Shown: positions 28,821-37,298 of the stretch, in pieces
Position numbering within the stretch: position 1 is the stretch's first letter
Layout of the letters: each line of letters opens with the position of its first letter
Assembly: GCA_946186925.1 (NCBI GenBank)
Contig: CAMHPA010000007.1
Span: 11,860 to 75,859, forward strand
DNA from: an uncultured Bacteroidota bacterium
GTDB taxonomy: Bacteria > Bacteroidota > Bacteroidia > Bacteroidales > SZUA-534
Length of the DNA stretch: 64,000 nt
Reading direction: 5' to 3'
Notes under the pieces: model-generated
What the model saw: only the letters and a program-made list of their open reading frames with translations
Database searches by the model: none
Told to the model about the DNA's origin: nothing
Made by a program: the position numbers and the translations under genes

Positions 28821-28822
28821 AC

Positions 28823-29788
28823 TCACACAATTCCTTCCTGCAGAATGTCGTGAATGTGGATGACGCCGGCGTACACATTGTCTTTCAGCACAATAAGCTG
28901 TGTGATGTGGTTCTGCTCCATAATGTGGAAGGCATTCACAGCCATTGCGTTCTCGTCGATGGTCTTCGGGTTGGCCGACATAATGTCCTGGGCCGTAAGG
29001 TTTTCAATTGTGCGGCCCGATACGAGCATTCGCCGCAGGTCACCGTCGGTGATGATGCCCAACAAGCGGCCGTTGTCGGTGACGGCGGTGGCGCCAAGCC
29101 GCTTCGAGGTCATCTCAAGAATAACGCGGTTGATTGAGTCCGACGGGGCCACCTCAGGTTTCTCGTTGTTCAGGTAGAGGTCGCTCACGCGCATATAGAG
29201 TTTCTTGCCCAAGGCGCCGCCCGGGTGGTATTTGGCAAAGTCGGAAGGCGAGAATCCGCGGCACTCAAGCAGCGCCACAGCCATTGCGTCGCCCATCACC
29301 AGCTGTGCTGTGGTGCTCGATGTTGGCGCCAGATTGTTGGGGCACGCTTCGTGGGCGGCATACGCATTTATTATAATGTCGGCCTGCTGCGCCAGATACG
29401 ACTGAGTGTCGCTCACCATTGCAATCATTTTGTTGCGGCGCATCTTCAGAATGGGCACCAGCACTTTGATTTCGGGCGTGTTTCCGCTTCGCGAAAGCAG
29501 CATCACAATGTCGTTGTCCTGAATCATACCCAAATCGCCGTGGATGGCGTCGGCAGCGTGCATAAAGAGCGCCGGAGTGCCCGTTGAGTTCATTGTGGCC
29601 ACAATCTTCTGCGCAATGATGGCGCTTTTGCCGATTCCGGTCACAACCAGCCGCCCCTTGCTTTTGAAAATCAGGCTTACGGCTTCGGCAAAATTGCTGT
29701 CAATCATATTTTTGAGATTGGCCACGGTGGCCGCTTCCTGCTCAATCACATCGGTTGCGATGGCTGTTATTTCGTCGTTTGTCTTCAT
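28823..29788 (-). CDS. kdsD: arabinose-5-phosphate isomerase (KpsF/GutQ/KdsD family; SIS domain plus CBS pair)
   Basis: SIS motif VVTGIGKSAIIAQK and a C-terminal CBS pair. Start trimmed to MKTNDEITA (ATG at complement 29786..29788). Confidence 0.88.
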   Translation of the reverse strand: MKTNDEITAIATDVIEQEAATVANLKNMIDSNFAEAVSLIFKSKGRLVVTGIGKSAIIAQKIVATMNSTGTPALFMHAADAIHGDLGMIQDNDIVMLLSRSGNTPEIKVLVPILKMRRNKMIAMVSDTQSYLAQQADIIINAYAAHEACPNNLAPTSSTTAQLVMGDAMAVALLECRGFSPSDFAKYHPGGALGKKLYMRVSDLYLNNEKPEVAPSDSINRVILEMTSKRLGATAVTDNGRLLGIITDGDLRRMLVSGRTIENLTAQDIMSANPKTIDENAMAVNAFHIMEQNHITQLIVLKDNVYAGVIHIHDILQEGIV

Positions 29789-30011
29789 AATCACGTTTCT
29801 AATGTTTGCCGCCGCGCTGAATTTCAGGCGGTTCGGACGGTTTGGAAAAAACATTTCAAAAAAACACACAAAAATATAAATGGACTCATAATTTTTACTA
29901 AATTTATTTTCGAGTTTGTAGGCGATTTTTCAAAATTCGCCGTTTAAAGAAATGTTAAAGGGGGAGTGGCTCAAAAACCCCTTGCGGTTGGCGGGCCACC
30001 TTAAATGTTTG

Positions 30012-32186
30012 ATGATGGAACTGAAGGATTATTTAAAACAGTACTTCGGCTTTGATACGTTCAAAGGCAATCAGGAGGCAATAATTGAGAATATTCTGGC
30101 TGGGCGCGACACCTTTGTGCTGATGCCCACCGGCGGCGGCAAGTCGCTTTGTTACCAACTGCCGGCTATGTTGCAGGATGGCACCGCTATTGTCATCTCG
30201 CCGCTTATTGCTTTGATGAAAAACCAGGTGGACGCCATTCGCGGATTCAGCGAGGAGGACGGTATCGCTCATTTCCTCAACTCGTCGCTTTCAAAAGCCG
30301 AGATTCAGAGCGTGAAGGACGATATTCTGGCTCACAAGACCAAACTGCTCTATGTGGCGCCCGAATCGCTGGCCAAGGACGATAACATCCAGTTCCTGAA
30401 GCAGATAAAGATTTCGTTCTACGCCATCGACGAGGCGCACTGTATCTCGGAGTGGGGCCACGATTTCCGCCCCGAGTACCGCAGCATCCGCTCGCGTGTT
30501 GACGAGATTGGCCGCGCGCCCATCATTGCGCTCACAGCCACCGCCACGCCAAAAGTGCAGAGCGATATTCAGAAAACGCTGGGAATGGTCGAGGCCGATG
30601 TGTTCAAATCGTCGTTCAACCGCCCCAACCTTATATATGAGGTGCGTCCGAAACGCGATGTTACGAAGGAGATTATTAAATTCATAAAGGCCAACCCGGG
30701 CAAATCGGGTATTGTGTACTGCTTGAGCCGCAAGAAGGTTGAAGAGTTGGCCGAAACACTGGTAATCAACGGAATAAAGGCCGCGCCGTATCACGCAGGA
30801 CTTGAGTCGTCGGTGCGCTCGGCCAACCAGGACAAGTTCCTTATGGAGGAGATTGACGTGATTGTGGCCACCATCGCCTTCGGAATGGGTATCGACAAGC
30901 CCGATGTGCGCTTTGTCATCCACCACGATATGCCGAAGAGCCTTGAGGGTTACTATCAGGAGACGGGCCGCGCCGGCCGCGACGGTGGCGAGGGACGCTG
31001 CATCGCCTTCTATTCTTATAAGGACATCCAGATGCTTGAGAAGTTTATGCAAGGCAAGCCGGTTGCCGAACAGGAGATTGGCCGCCATCTGCTTCTCGAA
31101 ACGGTGTCGTACGCCGAGTCGGCCGTGTGCCGCCGCAAGCAGCTGCTGCACTACTTTGGCGAGGAATATACCCAGGACAACTGCGGCGCCTGCGACAACT
31201 GTCTGCATCCGCGCGAGACGTTCGAGGGCAAGGACAGCGTGGTGAAGGTTCTGAAAACCGTCATCGCCGTCAAGGAGTTCTTCAAACCCGACCTTGTGGC
31301 CAATGTGCTCTGCGGTGTTGCCGACAGCACCATCAAGGCATATAAATATAATGCGATACCTGAGTTCGGCAGCGGCAAAGATCACGATGAGAAATACTGG
31401 CAAACCATTATCCGCCAGGCTCTTGTGGCTGATTTGCTTGGCAAGAACATCGAAAATTACGGCTCACTCACCGTCACGCCGCAGGGCTATGAGTTCCTGA
31501 AGAATCCACACTCGTTCAAAATCGCCAAGGAGCGCGATTATGAGCAGGAGGGAGGCGACGATTCGGGCGAGGGCGGCGGCGCAATGGTGGCTGCCGACCA
31601 GACGCTATTCACAATGTTATGCGATTTGCGCAAAGACATTGCCAAAAAGCGCGGTCTGCCGCCGTACATCATCTTCCAAGACCCGGCTTTGCAGGATATG
31701 ACCATCCATTACCCGATGACGCTTCAGGAGCTGGGCAATATTCCGGGTGTGGGGCAGGCCAAGGCGATGAAGTTCGGCCAACCGTTCTGCGACTTGATTA
31801 GCAAATATGTGAAGGAGAACGAGATAGAGCGTCCAATTGACCTTGTGGTGAAGACCACTGGCAACAACTCAGGAATGAAACTCTACATCGTCCAAAGTAT
31901 CGACCGCAAACTCGGACTCGATGTGATTGCTGACGGCAAGGGATTGGAAATGAGTGAGTTGCTGACCGAGATGGAGAAAATCGTCAACTCGGGCACAAAA
32001 CTCAACATCGATTACTACATCGACGAGGTGATTGACGAGGATTGCCAGGATGAAATCTACGACTATTTCCGTGAGGCTGATTCCGACTCTATCGAGGAGG
32101 CCATCAAGGAACTTGGCGAGGACGACTACACCGAGGAGGAAATCCGCCTGATGAGGATTAAATTCATCTGCAACGAGGCGTATTAG
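30012..32186 (+). CDS. recQ: ATP-dependent DNA helicase RecQ
   Basis: FGFDTFKGNQ, PTGGGKS and DEAH (AIDEAHCISEWGHDFRPEY) motifs, a zinc-binding Cys cluster and an HRDC-like region. Start trimmed to MMELKDYLK. Confidence 0.93.
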   Translation: MMELKDYLKQYFGFDTFKGNQEAIIENILAGRDTFVLMPTGGGKSLCYQLPAMLQDGTAIVISPLIALMKNQVDAIRGFSEEDGIAHFLNSSLSKAEIQSVKDDILAHKTKLLYVAPESLAKDDNIQFLKQIKISFYAIDEAHCISEWGHDFRPEYRSIRSRVDEIGRAPIIALTATATPKVQSDIQKTLGMVEADVFKSSFNRPNLIYEVRPKRDVTKEIIKFIKANPGKSGIVYCLSRKKVEELAETLVINGIKAAPYHAGLESSVRSANQDKFLMEEIDVIVATIAFGMGIDKPDVRFVIHHDMPKSLEGYYQETGRAGRDGGEGRCIAFYSYKDIQMLEKFMQGKPVAEQEIGRHLLLETVSYAESAVCRRKQLLHYFGEEYTQDNCGACDNCLHPRETFEGKDSVVKVLKTVIAVKEFFKPDLVANVLCGVADSTIKAYKYNAIPEFGSGKDHDEKYWQTIIRQALVADLLGKNIENYGSLTVTPQGYEFLKNPHSFKIAKERDYEQEGGDDSGEGGGAMVAADQTLFTMLCDLRKDIAKKRGLPPYIIFQDPALQDMTIHYPMTLQELGNIPGVGQAKAMKFGQPFCDLISKYVKENEIERPIDLVVKTTGNNSGMKLYIVQSIDRKLGLDVIADGKGLEMSELLTEMEKIVNSGTKLNIDYYIDEVIDEDCQDEIYDYFREADSDSIEEAIKELGEDDYTEEEIRLMRIKFICNEAY

Positions 32187-32207
32187 GTTGGGTTTCACTG
32201 ATATAGC

Positions 32208-32238
32208 AAAAGCCGAAATGTGAAGTTTCGGCTTTTTT
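32208..32238 (+). terminator. rho-independent terminator after recQ
   Basis: AGCCGAAA (32211-32218) pairs with TTTCGGCT (32226-33), followed by a T6 run. Confidence 0.7.
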
Positions 32239-32292
32239 GTGACATTATTGCAGCATATTACAGATAATTGAGTGAAACATATTAATTTCCAT

Positions 32293-32622
32293 ATGACTGA
32301 TATTGAAGAATTACGGCAAAAGATTGTTCAGTTCACCGAAGATCGTGACTGGGATCAGTTTCATAATCCGAAAGATTTGGCAATTGCTTTGAGCGTTGAG
32401 GCTAACGAACTGCTCGAATGTTTTCTTTGGAAGAATCCTGCGGACGTGAAAATTGAAAAAGTGGAAGAAGAGCTTGCCGATGTATTCAACTATGCGATAC
32501 TCATGGCAAGCAAATACAATTTGGATATCAAACAGATAGTTCTTAAAAAGCTTGCTTGTAATGCTGAAAAATATCCAGTGGATAAGGCAAGAGGAAATGC
32601 GAAGAAGTATAATGAATTATAG
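32293..32622 (+). CDS. MazG-like nucleotide pyrophosphohydrolase (small all-alpha NTP-PPase)
   Basis: RDWDQFHNPKDLAIALSVEANELLE and EEELADV metal-binding E-rich motifs. The ATG at 32293 is preferred over the GTG track start. Visibly more AT-rich than recQ. Confidence 0.8.
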   Translation: MTDIEELRQKIVQFTEDRDWDQFHNPKDLAIALSVEANELLECFLWKNPADVKIEKVEEELADVFNYAILMASKYNLDIKQIVLKKLACNAEKYPVDKARGNAKKYNEL

Positions 32623-32650
32623 TGGCAAATGGACTCTTGACGTTTGAATG

Positions 32651-33754
32651 TCACACTCTTGCATATATTTTCCCAGGCATTCCGCGTACTATGCCGTTCA
32701 GTTCCATAGTGAGTAGCAGCGATGAAACTTTGGGCATGGCCATTCCTACAGTACGGCAGATTTCGTCAATCGACAATTCGTTGTCTTGCAGAGCATTGTA
32801 TATTTCCTGACTTTCGGGATCGAGATCGATAAACAGGCTACGCTGGATGGCTTTGGCTTGGGTGTTCCATCCTAGAACGTATTCAATATCGGTCAGAGTT
32901 TCAATCAGATGTGCTTGGCTGGTTTTAATTAGTTTGTTGCATCCAGACGATAGTTTGTCGGTTGGGCGGCCAGGCAATGCGAATATCTCGCGATTGTAGG
33001 AATTGGCTAGTTCGGCGGTAATGAGTGAGCCGCCTTTCACGTCAGATTCAACAACAATGGTGGCATCGCACAGACCGGCGATGATACGGTTTCGGCGCAC
33101 AAAATTGGTTTTGTCGGGGACGGTTTTGGGGAAGAACTCTGTCACCAGACCGCCCATTTTCACCATTTCGGCAGCCACATTGCGGTGTGAAGTGGGGTAG
33201 ATGGTGTCGAGGCCGTGAGCCAGCACGCCGTATGTTGACACACCAAATTCAACGCAAGCCTTGTGTGCCGCCACATCTATTCCGTAGGCCAGACCGCTCA
33301 CAATGCATATATCGGAATGTGTTCTGCTGATTTCCTCGATCAGCTCGCGGCAGAACGCTTGACCGCGTTGTGTCGCGGAACGTGTGCCCACCATGGCAAG
33401 GTATTTTTTGCTGGAATCGATCGGTTGGCCTTTGACGAAAATCACCAGTGGACTATCTTCACAAGCCTTGAGGCGGGCTGGGTAGTCTTTGTCATACCAA
33501 GTCAGGATGCTGATGTTGAATTTGTTGGCAAATTCAAGCATTTCATCGGCACAGCGGTAGTAATCATCGTGGAGGATGGCTTCTGCAAGTGTTTCTCCAA
33601 TGCCTGGAATGCGTAGCAAATCGTCAGTCTTCGACTTGAAAAGTTGTTGTATTCCACCCGAGTATGAGATAATCCGTTTCGACATTACACTACCAATGCC
33701 AGGCACCGCCCAAAGTGCCAGACAATCGCGCAAGTCAGGAATTTCCTGCTCCAT
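32651..33754 (-). CDS. dprA: DNA-processing protein DprA
   Basis: N-terminal HhH/SAM-like region, a Rossmann-like core (AMVGTRSATQRG, GLAYGIDVAAH) and a C-terminal winged helix. Confidence 0.92.
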   Translation of the reverse strand: MEQEIPDLRDCLALWAVPGIGSVMSKRIISYSGGIQQLFKSKTDDLLRIPGIGETLAEAILHDDYYRCADEMLEFANKFNISILTWYDKDYPARLKACEDSPLVIFVKGQPIDSSKKYLAMVGTRSATQRGQAFCRELIEEISRTHSDICIVSGLAYGIDVAAHKACVEFGVSTYGVLAHGLDTIYPTSHRNVAAEMVKMGGLVTEFFPKTVPDKTNFVRRNRIIAGLCDATIVVESDVKGGSLITAELANSYNREIFALPGRPTDKLSSGCNKLIKTSQAHLIETLTDIEYVLGWNTQAKAIQRSLFIDLDPESQEIYNALQDNELSIDEICRTVGMAMPKVSSLLLTMELNGIVRGMPGKIYARV

Positions 33755-34221
33755 CAGTTGCTTTTCTTTTTTATTGTTTCGAGAATGGCGAATGCACGTT
33801 TGATTTTTTCAATCTGCTCACCATCAAGCAAATTTACACAAACATTTGGATATTTTGCAACTCCGCCGGGGGTGTTTTTATAAAGAGTGAGATTGGTGCG
33901 GAATCGGGTTTTGCTCAGTTCGTAGCCGGCAAATTCATTTGAATCTATTTCAATTGAGTTGTTTTCGGTACGGATTGGCCAAAGGGCTTTATATCTAACG
34001 ATTATCTTATCTGGACCGACATAGATGATTACAAAATTGTTACCTAAAGTCATTACAACAGCGACATAAACCGCCAATATTGCCGCACCTACAACAATCC
34101 ATAACCAACTGTTACTCAGATTGGTAATGTATACAGATACCACTGTCAGCGCCACTAGCGCCGGAACAAAGGCGTAGGCCAGTCGTACTTGTGATGCCCG
34201 ATTTGCGTTGTTGATCTCCAT
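33754..34221 (-). CDS. hypothetical membrane protein (2 TM helices plus a small soluble PH-like C-terminal domain)
   Basis: Track ORF of 155 aa with two adjacent TM helices. Its TGA stop overlaps the dprA ATG (ATGA at 33752-33756). No family recognised with certainty. Confidence 0.6.
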   Translation of the reverse strand: MEINNANRASQVRLAYAFVPALVALTVVSVYITNLSNSWLWIVVGAAILAVYVAVVMTLGNNFVIIYVGPDKIIVRYKALWPIRTENNSIEIDSNEFAGYELSKTRFRTNLTLYKNTPGGVAKYPNVCVNLLDGEQIEKIKRAFAILETIKKKSN

Positions 34222-34376
34222 TGCTATTCGTTTTGTTCGCCTCGCAGACGCAATTGTCGAAACACAAAACGTACCAAACTATTGAGTTTTGGTCAATGGA
34301 AATGTAACTTTTGTCAAAGGACTGATAAAATATTAGCAGCGTTGTTCTTTCTATCTACTGTTATTCCATTCAATTA

Positions 34377-35732
34377 TTAAAACCACGAATAACACAAACA
34401 TCCTATCAGGAAGTAGATGGCCATTCCCATAATATCGTTGATGGTGGTAATGAACGGGCCGGTGGCCACGGCGGGGTCAATCTTCAGGCGGTTAAAGCCA
34501 AGCGGCAGCGCGGTGCCCACAATTGCGGCAAACAAAACCACCGTTATCAGCGACAGACTGACTGCAATGCTCAGCGCGAAATCGCTGGCAAAGAAGATGT
34601 TATAAAGGAAAGCCAATGTTGCCACGATGGCGCCGTTGAGCAGGGCGCCCAACACTTCCTTCAAGATTTTCTTTCCAGCCGAATCCAAACCTAAAGTGTT
34701 GTTAGCCAAGCCTTGAACAATAATTGACGATGACTGTATGGCTACATTTCCGCCCATAGCGCCAATCATCGGGATGAAACTGGCCATCACGGGGTGTAGG
34801 GCAATGTGGCTGTCGAAACCTTTCACCACAATCGAGCTCAGAATGCCGCCGCCCATACCAATGAGCAGCCACGGAATGCGCGCTTTGGTGAGCTTGAACA
34901 CCGAGTCGCTCGAATCCACATCGCCGGTGATACCTGACATTATCTGGTAGTCCTCATCGGCCTCATCCTTAATCACATCCACAACGTCGTCGATGGTGAT
35001 TCGGCCCTTGAGCCGCCCGATGCTGTCCACAACCGGCATCGACACCATATCGTACTTCCGCATAATGTTTGCGACGTCTTCGCAATCATCGTCGGTTTTC
35101 ACCGATATTATGTCTTCGACAATGTTCTTGACTTTCTGGTTGTCGTTGGCCAAAAGCAGATTCTTCAATGGCAGAACGCCTTTCAGAACCCCTTGGTCGT
35201 CAATTACATACACATAGAAGAACTCGCCCACATCGGGTGCCTGCTTGCGGATTTCCTCAACGCAGTTGCGCACGGTCATATTCTCGTTCACACTGATGAG
35301 CTCGGTTGCCATAAGACCGCCGGCGGTGTCGGGGTCATATTTCAGAAGGTCGACAATGTCGCCGGCCTGCACAATGTCGGTGATGTTTGATAGGACCTCA
35401 TCTTGCTTTTCTTCAGGAAGTTCCGAGATGATATCGGCGGCGTCGTCGGAATCCATGTGATCGATGACGGCGTGGGCGATTTCCTGACCTGACAGGTCCT
35501 CGAGCAGTTCCTCGCGGTCGTCTTCCTCAAGTTCGATAATGGCGTCGGCGGTGAGTTCCGACGGCAGCAAATTGAAAAGGTAGTGGGCGTCGTCGGGTTC
35601 AAGTTCGCCTAAAATCTCGGCGACGTCGGCGGGGTGAAGTTCCGCCACCATCGATTTTATCGACTCGTCACTGCGCTCTTGAATGGCAAGCTGCAGTTCC
35701 TCAACAAATTCTTTATTTAATTCAAAACGCAT
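34377..35732 (-). CDS. mgtE: magnesium transporter MgtE
   Basis: N-domain, CBS pair and a 5-TM MgtE channel domain (PFITTINDIMG). Confidence 0.93.
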   Translation of the reverse strand: MRFELNKEFVEELQLAIQERSDESIKSMVAELHPADVAEILGELEPDDAHYLFNLLPSELTADAIIELEEDDREELLEDLSGQEIAHAVIDHMDSDDAADIISELPEEKQDEVLSNITDIVQAGDIVDLLKYDPDTAGGLMATELISVNENMTVRNCVEEIRKQAPDVGEFFYVYVIDDQGVLKGVLPLKNLLLANDNQKVKNIVEDIISVKTDDDCEDVANIMRKYDMVSMPVVDSIGRLKGRITIDDVVDVIKDEADEDYQIMSGITGDVDSSDSVFKLTKARIPWLLIGMGGGILSSIVVKGFDSHIALHPVMASFIPMIGAMGGNVAIQSSSIIVQGLANNTLGLDSAGKKILKEVLGALLNGAIVATLAFLYNIFFASDFALSIAVSLSLITVVLFAAIVGTALPLGFNRLKIDPAVATGPFITTINDIMGMAIYFLIGCLCYSWF

Positions 35733-35736
35733 AATT

Positions 35737-36516
35737 TCAATCTTTTAAAAGTCCGTCAATAATGTTCGTCAGTTCCACGAACTCGCTAACACTCAGTTGC
35801 TCGGGCCGTTGTCGGAAGACCGGCTGGTCGCAACGGCGGTCCTGCAGGATTGGCTTCAGGCTGTTCGAGAGAGTTTTTCGCCGCTGGTTGAAACTTGTTT
35901 TCACCACTTTCGTGAACAGTTCCTCGTTGCACGGCAGGTGCTCTACCGAGTTGCGTGTCAGCCTGATAACGCCCGACTTGACCTTCGGGGGCGGGTCGAA
36001 CTCGCACTCGTTGACGGTGAACAGATAATCGATATTGTAATAGGCCTGCAGCAGCACGCTCAGAATGCCGTAAACCTTTGAGCCCGGCTTCGACGCCACG
36101 CGCTCAGCCACCTCTTTCTGGAACATTCCCACCATTTGGGGAATCATCTGGCGGTTTTCCAAAATCTTGAACAGAATCTGGCTCGAAATGTTGTAGGGGA
36201 AATTTCCGGCCACCGAAATGGGCTTTCCGAAAAGCGCCGGAAGGTCGAGTTTCAGGAAATCGCCCTCGATAATGCGGCCGTTGAGTTCGGGCATTTCGGC
36301 CATCAGGTAGCACACCGATTCGTGGTCGATTTCAACCACCCGCACATCGGCCTCGGGACGGCTGAGCAGGTGCCGCGTGAGTATGCCCATTCCCGGCCCG
36401 ATTTCGAGAATAACGTTCGGTGCCGACGGGGTGAACCCATTGGCTATCCGTGCCGCAATTGTCTGATTGGTAAGAAAATGCTGACCTAAATTCTTTTTTG
36501 CCCTGACCTTCTGCAT
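35737..36516 (-). CDS. rsmA: 16S rRNA (adenine1518/1519-N6)-dimethyltransferase RsmA/KsgA
   Basis: KKNLGQHFL N-terminus and SAM motif ILEIGPGMG. Confidence 0.94.
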   Translation of the reverse strand: MQKVRAKKNLGQHFLTNQTIAARIANGFTPSAPNVILEIGPGMGILTRHLLSRPEADVRVVEIDHESVCYLMAEMPELNGRIIEGDFLKLDLPALFGKPISVAGNFPYNISSQILFKILENRQMIPQMVGMFQKEVAERVASKPGSKVYGILSVLLQAYYNIDYLFTVNECEFDPPPKVKSGVIRLTRNSVEHLPCNEELFTKVVKTSFNQRRKTLSNSLKPILQDRRCDQPVFRQRPEQLSVSEFVELTNIIDGLLKD

Positions 36517-36550
36517 CGCTGATTTTTTTGCGGTTGCAAGATAGGTTTTT

Positions 36551-36590
36551 ATTTAGGAATTAGGATTTAGAATTTAGGATTTAGGAATTA
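36551..36590. repeat. intergenic short-word repeat (TAGGA(A)TT-type units)
   Basis: atttaggaattaggatttagaatttaggatttaggaatta. Confidence 0.8.
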
Positions 36591-36613
36591 AACTTGTTCA
36601 ACAGCGCCCCCGA

Positions 36614-36641
36614 GTAGAGACGTGGCGCGCCGCGTCTCTAC
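36614..36641. repeat. 28-bp near-perfect palindrome GTAGAGACGTGGCGCGCCGCGTCTCTAC (copy 2)
   Basis: Identical, and in the same orientation, to 3047..3074. Lies between the fur-family stop and the rsmA start. Confidence 0.9.
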
Positions 36642-36664
36642 AGACAATTCACCGATTATCCGAT

Positions 36665-37096
36665 TCATCGCGCCTTCTTCGCGCACTTCGGGCAAAGGCC
36701 TTTTACAAGGAAATTGGCCGAGCGGGCAACGTAGCCGTCGGGTAATTCGATTTGCGGTATATGATTATCGCTCAAGCAGATAGTTTGGTGGCACGACTCG
36801 CAGAAAAAATGCAGGTGAGCGTCTTCGTCCTCATCGTCATCGTGGTGGTGGCTCTGGCAGATTTCGTAGCGCGTGCAGCCGTCGCCACTCTCAATGACGT
36901 GCACCAAATGCGACTCGCGGAAAAGATTGAGCGTGCGCAGAATGGTTGATTTGTCGATAGTTCCAAGAATCGCCTCAAGTTCAAGCAGCGACAGCGGCTG
37001 CCCCGACTCGTGCAGAGCCCGCGCAATCAGCAGACGGTTGCCGGTATCTTTGATTCCGTGCTCCGCAAACAACGACTGTATCTCAATGGTGCTCAT
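36665..37096 (-). CDS. Fur-family metal-responsive transcriptional regulator
   Basis: Winged-helix N-terminus, two CxxC pairs (CESC, CPKC) and a His-rich metal site carrying an acidic insert (HHHDDDEDEDAHLH). Confidence 0.85.
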   Translation of the reverse strand: MSTIEIQSLFAEHGIKDTGNRLLIARALHESGQPLSLLELEAILGTIDKSTILRTLNLFRESHLVHVIESGDGCTRYEICQSHHHDDDEDEDAHLHFFCESCHQTICLSDNHIPQIELPDGYVARSANFLVKGLCPKCAKKAR

Positions 37097-37124
37097 TTGT
37101 TTTTTTTCGGCAAGATAGAAATTT

Positions 37125-37160
37125 TGGTGAATTGGTTAACTGGTGAATCGGTGAATTGAA
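37125..37160. repeat. intergenic short-word repeat (GGTGAAT-type units)
   Basis: tggtgaattggttaactggtgaatcggtgaattgaa. Confidence 0.8.
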
Positions 37161-37234
37161 TTTTTAAAAGTTGAGTAACTCAACAGCATAGAAATCAACC
37201 TACTATTCCTTTCACTATCTCCTTCAATCCTTCA

Positions 37235-37252
37235 TCCCGATAGCTATCGGGA
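37235..37252. repeat. 18-bp perfect palindrome TCCCGATAGCTATCGGGA (copy 3 of 3) abutted by an exact 13-bp direct duplication
   Basis: CTTCAATCCTTCA at 37222-37234 and again at 37253-37265 touch the palindrome directly on both sides. A 3x CATTCACT tandem follows. Confidence 0.9.
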
Positions 37253-37298
37253 CTTCAATCCTTCACTCATTCACTCATTCACTCATTCAATCCTTCAA

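Noticed and set aside
30291-31403. 370-aa antisense ORF within recQ, and similar ones in rsmH (4049..4984), topB (42545..43369) and valS (44502..45527, 45609..46448)
   Set aside because: Same reasoning as above. These are shadow ORFs opposite confidently identified genes.
32198-32215. Shared CTGATATA(TA)GCA(C)AAAA string preceding the recQ (32198) and valS (46628) terminators
   Set aside because: Only two instances exist, and much of the match is the A-tract that pairs with the terminator T-tail. That is too little evidence for a distinct motif.
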